DNA from: a virus
Reading direction: 5' to 3' (one strand)
DNA length: 12,476 nt
IMG/VR virus record: IMGVR_UViG_3300012167_000333
Coordinates: 1 to 12,476 of that record
How positions within the stretch are numbered: position 1 is the stretch's first letter; each line of letters opens with the position of its first letter. Positions 1-6,763 of this stretch are shown piece by piece. A program made the translations under genes and the position numbers. The notes beneath the pieces are model-generated. The model was not told the DNA's origin. It was given only the letters and a program-made list of their open reading frames with translations, and did not search any database.

Positions 1-3
1 AAA

Positions 4-2514
4 ATGGCTCAGAGTTTTCCCACCCCCGCTGGTGTTCTGAAGATCCCGGGCGCCTACCCGATCATCAACGTGGCGCAGGCGAACACCGGCCTCGCGACTT
101 CGGGCGTGATCATGCTCGTCGGTGAAGCCGACGCAGGCCCCGATTACACGCAGGAAGAAGACCTCGCGTCCAACATCTTCGGCCCGAACCAGATCGGTGA
201 CGTGCAGGCGAAGTACAAGACCGGTCGCCTCGTCGACGCGTTCAGCGGCGGTGCCGTGCCTGCGAACGATTCACAGATCCAGGGCGCGCCCCAGGCGTTC
301 GTCCTGGTGAAGACCAATCCGTCGACGAAGGCGTCGGCGACGCTGCTGCGCTGGGACTCGACCGACTACGGCGAGCTGGAGGACCGTAACTTCGGCAAGC
401 TCGGCAACCTGATCTCGTACCAGATCACCGCGAAGACCACGGAGGTCGTTCCGACCACGGGCGCATTCGCGTTCATGCTGCCCATCGCGGCCACTGATAT
501 CTCGGTACGTGTGAACGGTGGCGCGGCCACCGCCATCACTGTCGCAGCCCTCGCGACTCCGACTACCTTCGCCGGCCAGCTGAACGCCGTCGCGGGCGTC
601 GATATCACGGGTGGTGCGGCCGTCGCCCTCATCGCTTCGGCCGCTGGCGCCGACACGCTGGGCCTGACGGTCGTCTCGGGCAACTCGGTGACCATCACTC
701 GCTCGATCGCGTTCGACGCGCTCCCGGTTGCGGGCGACACTCTGTACATCCCGTCCGGCTCGGTCATCCAGGGCGGCTCGAACCAGAACCGCGGCTCGTA
801 CATCGTGACGGGCGCGACCTCGACCGTGATCTCGGCCATCAAGCTGCTCGACGCGTCCGGCGCCCCGAACGCGCTGACCGCGCCGGCCACTGTCGCCCCC
901 GTCGACATCGTCGCGACCACGGACGTTCAGGCCTTCGGCGCCATCACCGCATTCCTCGTCGCGGCCGATCCGACCGACGGCTACGGCAAGAACTTCGAGA
1001 TCAACGAGCTGACTTCTGGTACCGGCCTCATCTCGTACAACCTGTACGTCCTCGATGGCGCCACGCCGGAAGTGGTCGACTTCGTGTCGAAGACCGCGAC
1101 CCCCCACCTGATTGTCTCGGGTACCGAGTACTCGGCGCAGCTGGACGAGGCGCGCCAGATGGATAGCGTCACCAACGACATTTTCACGGGTGGCGCTGTA
1201 GCGCTGAAGCTTGGCTACGTCGGCACCACGGCCTCGGCCGTCGTCGATGGCGTCAACATCGTGATCACCACGGTGGGCGGCGCAACTCCCGGCACGCTGA
1301 CCGTATCGCTGACGGACTTCGTCAGCATCGCGGACCTCGCGGCCTACATCAATTCGTTCGACGGTTTTACGTGCACGCCGGGCACCGCGGTTCTCGGATC
1401 GCAGCCTTCCGTCACGCTCGACCAGGGAACGTTCGGCTGCTGCTCGACCTTCGCGACCACCCCGGGCCGCATCAAGCAGGACGCGTACAAGTGGTTCACG
1501 CTTCTGCGCGACAATGGCGTCCTGACCGAGATGAACGAGCAGGCTGACGCCGGTCTGCCGGCGCCGACCGCTTCGGTCGCCTTCCTCACGGGCGGCACGA
1601 AGGGCGCGACCACGGACGACACCATCCAGGAAGCGCTCGACGCGCTCAAGATGGTCCGCGGCAACTTCATCATTCCGCTGTTCTCGCGCGACGCGGTCGA
1701 CGATATCGCCGACAACCAGACCGATCCCAGCTCGACGTACACCATCGAGTCGGTGCACGCGGCTGCGCGCTCGCACGTCCTTCAGATGTCGACGCTGAAG
1801 AAGCGCCGCAATCGCCAGGCGTTCCTGTCGCAGCGCGCGCCGTTCGAAGACGTCAAGACGACCGCGGCCAACCTGGCCTCGTCGCGCGTCGCGCTCACGT
1901 TCCAGGACGTGCGCGACCTCGGCACCAACGGCAGCGTCCAGCAGTTCCAGCCCTGGATGAACGCGGTCAAGGCCGCGGGCATGCAGGCCGCGGGCTTCTA
2001 CAAGTCGATCTTCAACAAGGGGATCAACATCTCGGGCGCCCTCCAGGCCGCGCAGGACTTCAACGACCAGGACGACGATGCGCTCGAAGCGGGCCTCGAC
2101 GCGGGTCTGCTCATCATCCACCGCCTGGAGCAGGGCGGCTTCGCGTACGTGTCGGACCAGACGACGTATGGCAAGGACAACAACTTCGTCTTCAACTCGA
2201 TCCAGGCCATGTACGTGGCCGACATCATCGCGCTGACCGTGGCGCAGCTGATGGAGCAGGCGTTCGTCGGCCAGTCGCTGGCGGACGTGTCGGCGGCTCT
2301 CGCGGCGAGCACCATGGAAGGCATCATGGAGAACCTCCGCCGGCTGAAGCTGGTGGCGTTCTCGGACGACGCCCCCAAGGGCTTCAAGAACCTCGTCATT
2401 CGCATCACCGGACCGGCGATGCAGGTGAGCGTCGAGGTGAAGGCGGCCACGGCGCTGTACTTCATCCCCATCACGTTCCAGATCTCGCAGGTCACCCAGT
2501 CGGCGGGCGGCTAA
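4..2514 (+). CDS. Contractile tail sheath protein (836 aa, large, with extra central domains)
   Basis: ATG at 4, with an uninterrupted ORF and strong G/C bias at codon position 3. The N-terminal block IPGAYPIINV...GVIMLVGEADAGP...NIFGP has the pattern of phage/CIS sheath N-terminal domains. The C-terminal block NFIIPLFSRD...QPWMNAVKAAGMQAAG...GINISG...LDAGLLIIHRLEQGGFAYVSDQTTY...NSIQAMYVADII matches the sheath C-terminal domain pattern. A small tube-like gene follows 32 nt downstream. The long antisense ORFs are Arg-rich artefacts. Confidence 0.8.
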   Translation: MAQSFPTPAGVLKIPGAYPIINVAQANTGLATSGVIMLVGEADAGPDYTQEEDLASNIFGPNQIGDVQAKYKTGRLVDAFSGGAVPANDSQIQGAPQAFVLVKTNPSTKASATLLRWDSTDYGELEDRNFGKLGNLISYQITAKTTEVVPTTGAFAFMLPIAATDISVRVNGGAATAITVAALATPTTFAGQLNAVAGVDITGGAAVALIASAAGADTLGLTVVSGNSVTITRSIAFDALPVAGDTLYIPSGSVIQGGSNQNRGSYIVTGATSTVISAIKLLDASGAPNALTAPATVAPVDIVATTDVQAFGAITAFLVAADPTDGYGKNFEINELTSGTGLISYNLYVLDGATPEVVDFVSKTATPHLIVSGTEYSAQLDEARQMDSVTNDIFTGGAVALKLGYVGTTASAVVDGVNIVITTVGGATPGTLTVSLTDFVSIADLAAYINSFDGFTCTPGTAVLGSQPSVTLDQGTFGCCSTFATTPGRIKQDAYKWFTLLRDNGVLTEMNEQADAGLPAPTASVAFLTGGTKGATTDDTIQEALDALKMVRGNFIIPLFSRDAVDDIADNQTDPSSTYTIESVHAAARSHVLQMSTLKKRRNRQAFLSQRAPFEDVKTTAANLASSRVALTFQDVRDLGTNGSVQQFQPWMNAVKAAGMQAAGFYKSIFNKGINISGALQAAQDFNDQDDDALEAGLDAGLLIIHRLEQGGFAYVSDQTTYGKDNNFVFNSIQAMYVADIIALTVAQLMEQAFVGQSLADVSAALAASTMEGIMENLRRLKLVAFSDDAPKGFKNLVIRITGPAMQVSVEVKAATALYFIPITFQISQVTQSAGG

Positions 2515-2546
2515 GGCTCGACGCAATCTTCTAGAGAGGAACATCA

Positions 2547-3035
2547 ATGGCCGCTCCCAAGGTAATGAACGGTGCCCGCGCCAAGATGGGCATCTACGAC
2601 CCGTCCACGGGTCTGACCCACATCGTCGGGCTCTTCAACAACGTCTCGTACAACATGACGTACGAGGCGCAGCCGGCGTACATCCTCGGCCGCTACTCGG
2701 CCGCGGAGATCGACTACACGTCAATGGACGTCGTGTCCATCACGTGCTCGGGCTTCCGCGTCGTCGAGCACGGCCCCCACGTCGAGGCTGGCGTGCCGCG
2801 CCTCCAGGACCTGCTCACCTCGGAGTACATCCACCTGGCGATCATCGACCGCCAGCGCGAGGCACAGGGCGCCGACGGCCGCATCGCCATCTTCAAGAAC
2901 TGCCGCGCGACCGGCTACAGCACCACCATCTCCGCCCGCAACCTGGAGGAGATCACGGTGACCTTCGTCGGCCTGCTCGTCGACGACGAGTCGACCACCA
3001 ACAGCGAGTCCGCGCTGTCGACTAACCTTCCGTAA
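2547..3035 (+). CDS. Tail tube protein (putative)
   Basis: 162-aa ORF with SD-like GAGG (2535-2538) about 8 nt upstream of the ATG. High GC3. Its size and its position directly after the sheath gene are typical of tube proteins. The call rests on synteny and size, not on a recognised motif. Confidence 0.55.
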   Translation: MAAPKVMNGARAKMGIYDPSTGLTHIVGLFNNVSYNMTYEAQPAYILGRYSAAEIDYTSMDVVSITCSGFRVVEHGPHVEAGVPRLQDLLTSEYIHLAIIDRQREAQGADGRIAIFKNCRATGYSTTISARNLEEITVTFVGLLVDDESTTNSESALSTNLP

Positions 3036-3074
3036 AAAACGCCCGGCTCCTCCTCCTTTCGCCGGCCGTTTCAA

Positions 3075-3109
3075 GGGCCCAGATCTTTAAGATCTGGGCC
3101 CTTCGTTTA
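3075..3109 (+). terminator. Rho-independent terminator after the sheath-tube pair
   Basis: Perfect 12-bp stem GGGCCCAGATCT (3075-3086) / AGATCTGGGCCC (3090-3101) with loop TTA, followed by the T-rich tail TTCGTTTAT. A weaker hairpin lies just upstream (3040-3047 pairing with 3061-3068, one mismatch). Confidence 0.75.
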
Positions 3110-3117
3110 TGTAGGGC

Positions 3118-3146
3118 TTGACACTCGGGCCCTGATTCGCTATAGT
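3118..3146 (+). promoter_or_regulatory. Sigma70-like promoter carrying the conserved GATTCGCTA motif (copy 1)
   Basis: TTGACA (3118-3123), 17-nt spacer, TATAGT (3141-3146). The spacer ends in CTGATTCGC, so GATTCGCTA spans 3134-3142. It sits between the terminator and the first gene of the downstream operon. Confidence 0.6.
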
Positions 3147-3150
3147 GTGT

Positions 3151-3429
3151 ATGGAGGCTGCCAAGTTGTCGACCGCCAAACTCCTCGCGCTCATCTTCAT
3201 CGCGCTCCTTCCGGGCGGGCTCTTCATGCTCGTTGGCGCGTTCATGTGGCGAAGAGCTAAGGTCGACCGCGTCATCGTCCTCAATGCGCCGCGTGAGCGC
3301 GATCAGGCTGGCGCCTACCTCCTCTACCCCCTGGAAAGTTGGCACAAGTACGCGCGAAGGTGCTATCCTTTGCGCTACTGGCTGACCGAGACGATCCCCG
3401 CCCGCTTCCGACGCAAGGAGTCACTTTGA
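3151..3429 (+). CDS. Small membrane protein (one predicted TM helix), hypothetical
   Basis: ATG at 3151. Hydrophobic stretch LLALIFIALLPGGLFMLVGAFMW followed by basic residues. GC3 is high in the first half. The stop TGA (3427-3429) overlaps the next gene's TTG start. The ATG lies only 4 nt after the -10 hexamer, so the transcript may be leaderless; the start is uncertain. Confidence 0.45.
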   Translation: MEAAKLSTAKLLALIFIALLPGGLFMLVGAFMWRRAKVDRVIVLNAPRERDQAGAYLLYPLESWHKYARRCYPLRYWLTETIPARFRRKESL

Positions 3430-3839
3430 AGCGCATGTACTATCACAGCTTCCCCCACGCACCAACGGAGCTGGTCTCCGGTATCTCAGCAGCTGCTCAG
3501 ATCCCCTCCATCGTCGGCGCCTATGTCGGCACCTGGGACGATTCCCTCTACCTCGACATCTTCCAGTGTGAGGACTTCCGCCTCAAGGCGTCCCACCTGG
3601 AGATCATCGCTGAGGTCTGCGGCGTGTCGCTGGAGGAGATGGTGGTCGGCCCCGGGATCGACGACGATCACATGTCCGTCACGCTGGAGACGACCTGCTT
3701 CGATTTCAGCGACATGAAGGACGTGCGGACGAAGCCCGTTAGTATCTTGTTCGAGGTCGACTCCGACGGTCCGGAGCGCCTCAAGCGCGTGCTCGACCGC
3801 ATTCGCGAGGAGATCCGCAAGCTGACCCCGAACGGGTAG
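3426..3839 (+). CDS. Hypothetical protein
   Basis: AAGGAG (3415-3420) lies 5 nt upstream of an in-frame TTG at 3426 (TTGA overlap with the upstream stop). An alternative ATG is at 3435. High GC3 and an acidic protein with no recognised motif. The track ORF start at 3339 overlaps the upstream gene and is unlikely. Confidence 0.6.
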   Translation: MKRMYYHSFPHAPTELVSGISAAAQIPSIVGAYVGTWDDSLYLDIFQCEDFRLKASHLEIIAEVCGVSLEEMVVGPGIDDDHMSVTLETTCFDFSDMKDVRTKPVSILFEVDSDGPERLKRVLDRIREEIRKLTPNG

Positions 3840-3842
3840 CTC

Positions 3843-4109
3843 GTGTTCACGACCCCAGCGCCCAACTGTCCCCGCCCGAATTGCGGCGGGACCTTGCGCA
3901 AGGTGCGCAAGGACGGCCGCTTCCACGTCCACCGCGGCGTGCACATCAATCTTCCGTCGAGCATCGTGATCCCGCGGTGCGGGAAGTGCGAAGGGGACGT
4001 TATCTTGGAGGAGTTGCGGGATGTCATCACCGAGGTCCTGGAGCAGGAGTTCCAGGAGCACGCGGAGTGGATCATGGAGGCTTTCGCGAGCGTCAAGGAG
4101 AAGAAATGA
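3843..4109 (+). CDS. Zinc-ribbon protein (YgiT/MqsA-type N-terminal zinc-finger pattern)
   Basis: GTG at 3843, 3 nt after the upstream stop. High GC3. CPRPNCGG...(about 30 aa)...CGKCEG forms a CxxxC/CxxC pair flanking a beta-hairpin-like segment, as in YgiT-type zinc ribbons. The stop overlaps the next start (ATGA). Confidence 0.6.
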   Translation: MFTTPAPNCPRPNCGGTLRKVRKDGRFHVHRGVHINLPSSIVIPRCGKCEGDVILEELRDVITEVLEQEFQEHAEWIMEAFASVKEKK

Positions 4110-4561
4110 CCGGAACTATCGTCGTTTTCGTCGTCGCAGCCCTCGCCATCGCAGGGCTGATCGTCTTCCTGGTATCACGTGCGCGCAAGAAGGGCGCCAC
4201 GTCACCGCCGCCGCCGGACGATCAGGAGCGCGCCATCCAGGTCGCGTGGGTCGAGACGTACGGTATGGATCGCAAGGTTGCGCCCTTCATCACCAAGGTG
4301 ATGGGGAGTCAGCTGAATTGTCGCAACGGCACCGGCTGGACGGTCGGAGCTGAGTGCGTTGCTGGGATGTCGTGGGCCGATCTGAACGCGTGCGCCGTCG
4401 CCTGGCCAACGTTGGAGACTAAGTTCTCTGAGACGGCTTTCGCACATGAGCTGCTGCACGCCAAGGGCTGGCGCGAGGGGAGGGCGACGGACCACTTCAG
4501 TCCCGAGTTCCAGGCTGAGGTCGCGCGTGCGAACGAGGCGCTCCGGAAGGCGGGGCTGTGA
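4106..4561 (+). CDS. Membrane-anchored HExxH (zincin-like) protein, hypothetical
   Basis: AAGGAG (4095-4100) lies 5 nt upstream of the ATG at 4106. N-terminal TM helix IVVFVVAALAIAGLIVFLV, then RARKKG and a Pro-rich linker. HELLH motif in TAFAHELLHAKGW. The Arg-rich N-terminal part of track ORF 3881..4561 is rejected. Confidence 0.65.
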   Translation: MTGTIVVFVVAALAIAGLIVFLVSRARKKGATSPPPPDDQERAIQVAWVETYGMDRKVAPFITKVMGSQLNCRNGTGWTVGAECVAGMSWADLNACAVAWPTLETKFSETAFAHELLHAKGWREGRATDHFSPEFQAEVARANEALRKAGL

Positions 4562-5322
4562 TCGAGGGTTTGAAGGAGGGCGAGTTGGTCGTGTTGGCCT
4601 CGCCCTCGAAGCATCGCTGGCAGGTTGCGCCGCGTCCCGGAAACGACTCGGTTGTCTTCACGTCCGAGCTGTCGTTCGAGGAGCACTACCGGCGCCTCCA
4701 CGGCATGTGGTCGAGGTACGGTGGCTTCGATGCTCGTCCGGGCACCGCCATCGACATGATCTTGCAGCTGGCGGCCCAGGAGGCAGTCGAGACCGAACGG
4801 CGCGTCCGCGACATGGTGAACCAGCTGATGTTCACGCCGGACCCGTGGATGATGTCCAACAAGGCCGAGGCCCTGGAGGCGGTGAAGCACTACAAGGGCG
4901 CCAACGCGCGGCTGTTCATCGGGGACAAGGAGGTCAAACCCTTCGACGCCCCCGACGGCGTCATCTACGAGGGCCCCGTGGACGCCCTGGCTGCCGCCAG
5001 GGGCGATGAGGACTCCGATGGGAACCAGGAGTTCAGCGGGCTCGACGAAGACGACGCCGCCGATCCTGGCGTTGGGCCGGCGCCGGATGGCGAAGTCGCG
5101 CTCGCGCCAGGTCTCGTACCCATGTCGTACCCACGCCTCAATCGGGACGTCATCATGAAGACGGACGTCTGCTACGTGTGCGCGACCGGCAGGAGGGTGC
5201 TTTGGCGCTTCGTACGCGGCCCCAAAGATGAAACCCTGACGTGCGAGCCTTGCTTACGTGACCACATGGGCTACGAAATCGACTACACGACCCGGACCCT
5301 GCGAAAGTCTGCCGACATCTAG
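4558..5322 (+). CDS. Hypothetical protein with acidic linker and C-terminal CxxC...CxxC zinc ribbon
   Basis: GTG at 4558 overlaps the upstream stop (GTGA). High GC3. The C-terminus CYVCATG...(about 20 aa)...CEPC is zinc-ribbon-like. Confidence 0.65.
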   Translation: MIEGLKEGELVVLASPSKHRWQVAPRPGNDSVVFTSELSFEEHYRRLHGMWSRYGGFDARPGTAIDMILQLAAQEAVETERRVRDMVNQLMFTPDPWMMSNKAEALEAVKHYKGANARLFIGDKEVKPFDAPDGVIYEGPVDALAAARGDEDSDGNQEFSGLDEDDAADPGVGPAPDGEVALAPGLVPMSYPRLNRDVIMKTDVCYVCATGRRVLWRFVRGPKDETLTCEPCLRDHMGYEIDYTTRTLRKSADI

Positions 5323-5357
5323 GATTTTGTCCCGCTAGGCGCCCGAATCTTTTGGGT

Positions 5358-5693
5358 ATGGCCACCCCAGCGTACAAGCTCCACGAGGCACGTCTCACAC
5401 GTGTCGAGGACAAGGTTGGAGATTGCAAGGTCGACATTGGTGTCGTCAAGTCTCAGCTCCAGGGCCTGACGGACCAAGTGGCTGAGGGTGTCGACCGCAT
5501 CACTGAGAAGCTGGACGCCATCGGCTCGATCGACCAGCGCGTGACGGCCCTGGAGACGAATGACCGCGTGCGCGCGGAGCTGGCGGTCCACAAGAAGGAG
5601 TCGCGCGGACGTCGCTTTAAGGTGGTCGGCCTCCTCTTCGCTGCGATCGGCGCCATTGGTGGCCTCATCGCGAAGGCGCTGTTCGGTGGGTAA
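5358..5693 (+). CDS. Coiled-coil protein with C-terminal TM anchor (tail-anchored), hypothetical
   Basis: ATG at 5358, with an alternative TTG at 5352. Heptad-like region LTRVEDKVGDCKVDIGVVKSQLQGLTDQVAEGVDRITEKLDAIGSIDQRVTALE, then a basic patch and the hydrophobic tail VVGLLFAAIGAIGGLIAKALFGG. High GC3. The antisense ORF 5319..5822 is rejected. Confidence 0.6.
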   Translation: MATPAYKLHEARLTRVEDKVGDCKVDIGVVKSQLQGLTDQVAEGVDRITEKLDAIGSIDQRVTALETNDRVRAELAVHKKESRGRRFKVVGLLFAAIGAIGGLIAKALFGG

Positions 5694-5997
5694 GGGAAAG
5701 TTCAACTTCGGCCACCTGCGCTCGCAGAAGTTCGCGGGGTTCATCTTCGCGGCCTTCCTGTGCTTCGCCGCGGGCTGGGTCATGGAGACGGAGCCAACGA
5801 CCTCGGCGGTCGTCATGGGCATCGTCGGACTCTACGGTCTGTTCGTCGGTGGTCGCACCTGGACCGACCAGGCCGCGCTGAAGTTCGGGAGCCATCCGGT
5901 GGACGCTCCGACCCCGCAGCAGGCGCCAGCAACCGTCACGAAGAAGGCCGCGCTCACCGCGCCGAAGAAGGAAGAGGGTGACCATGAAGTCGATTAA
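5686..5997 (+). CDS. Small two-TM membrane protein (holin-like topology), hypothetical
   Basis: In-frame GTG at 5686 overlaps the end of the upstream gene by 8 nt. Two hydrophobic segments (FAGFIFAAFLCFAAGWV and AVVMGIVGLYGLFVGG) are followed by a charged, Lys-rich tail. Very high GC3. No clear SD, so the start is uncertain. Confidence 0.5.
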   Translation: MGKGKFNFGHLRSQKFAGFIFAAFLCFAAGWVMETEPTTSAVVMGIVGLYGLFVGGRTWTDQAALKFGSHPVDAPTPQQAPATVTKKAALTAPKKEEGDHEVD

Positions 5998-6421
5998 GCG
6001 AGTTCGCAAGCAACAGCCCGACCCGAGGAAGAAGGTCGTTGAGCTGGAGATCGGTGGCTGGCTCGGCCGCTGGTTCACGAAGAACAACTGGGGCGCGTTC
6101 ACGTACCCGCTGCCGTTCCTCGTCCTGATCTTCTACTGGACTGCGGAGTCGGCGCCCGACGGCGACGTCAACGGCCTCATTCGCGTCCACGAGTTCGTCC
6201 ACGTCGCGCAGGATGAGCGCAACGCGTGCTTCCTGGTGAGTTGGGCGCGCTACATGTGGGCGACATACCGGGCAATGCCGCTGGGCAAGCTCTGGCGCGC
6301 GAACGGCCTCAGGCTCGGCCAGGTCCTGATGCAGGGCTACCGCGGCAACGCGCTGGAGGTCGAGGCCTACGAGGTCCAGCGCGTTGCCCAAGATCACGGC
6401 TTGCCTTCTTGGGCGAAGTAA
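5984..6421 (+). CDS. HExxH metallopeptidase-like protein (HEFVHVAQ motif, DUF4157-like pattern)
   Basis: ATG at 5984 (alternative GTG at 5978), preceded by the purine-rich GGAAGAGGG. It overlaps the upstream gene's end. The segment GAFTYPLPFLVLIFYW...GLIRVHEFVHVAQDE resembles the aFT...iF...HExxHVxQ signature I recall for DUF4157-type zincins. This was not verified by a search. Confidence 0.6.
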   Translation: MKSIKRVRKQQPDPRKKVVELEIGGWLGRWFTKNNWGAFTYPLPFLVLIFYWTAESAPDGDVNGLIRVHEFVHVAQDERNACFLVSWARYMWATYRAMPLGKLWRANGLRLGQVLMQGYRGNALEVEAYEVQRVAQDHGLPSWAK

Positions 6422-6430
6422 GGTATACTC

Positions 6431-6661
6431 ATGGGCATGGGCCATGATCGGTACAAGCAGAAGCTCAGCGACGCGCAGTGGACGTGGCGCGAGACTCGCG
6501 GTACGGGTGGTCGTCGGAAGTACGATTACAAGGACCGCGTGATGGGGCGCAATAACAAGCGCGCCGCGCGCCAGGCCGATCGTCGCGAGTTCGAGAAGCA
6601 GGTTCTGACCGCAGCTGAGCGCAGGCTCGCGGAAGCAGAGCTTCAGGCCGACGAAGCGTGA
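6431..6661 (+). CDS. Small basic protein, hypothetical
   Basis: ATG at 6431. The 76-aa protein is rich in Arg and Lys (RRKYDYKDRVMGRNNKRAARQADRREFEKQ). It is the last ORF of the operon, and its stop TGA (6659-6661) overlaps motif copy 2. Confidence 0.5.
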   Translation: MGMGHDRYKQKLSDAQWTWRETRGTGGRRKYDYKDRVMGRNNKRAARQADRREFEKQVLTAAERRLAEAELQADEA

Positions 6662-6676
6662 TTCGCTAGATATAGT
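6659..6676 (+). promoter_or_regulatory. Conserved GATTCGCTA motif (copy 2) with -10-like TAGATA/TATAGT
   Basis: GTGATTCGCTAGATATAGT, with GATTCGCTA at 6660-6668. It lies in the intergenic region in front of the PTH2-like gene and the first tRNAs. The -35 match is poor (TTCAGG at 6642-6647). Confidence 0.45.
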
Positions 6677-6763
6677 TCATGGGCAGTCACAATCTTCGAG
6701 GTATCATGAACAGCTCGCATTAACACCCAGCCGGTTGAGGACGTCCTCACTCACTTCATTATC

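Noticed and set aside
271-2547. 758-aa minus-strand ORF, plus other long antisense or alternate-frame ORFs inside the sheath gene (122..310, 366..920, 1344..1745, 1998..2495 and others)
   Set aside because: They have extreme Arg/Gly/Asp/His composition (RRLRRALAARRLGDLRDLERDGDE...), typical of off-frame reading of GC-rich coding DNA. The + strand frame 4..2514 has the correct codon bias and recognisable sheath motifs.
3881-4105. N-terminal 75 codons of track ORF 3881..4561
   Set aside because: This part is Arg/Pro-rich and overlaps the well-supported zinc-ribbon CDS 3843..4109 in another frame. An AAGGAG-ATG start at 4106 explains the real protein.
5560-5685. Upstream extension of the two-TM protein ORF (ATG at 5560)
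   Set aside because: It overlaps the coiled-coil gene in another frame and has an Arg/Ser-rich composition. The hydrophobic protein begins after the GTG at 5686.
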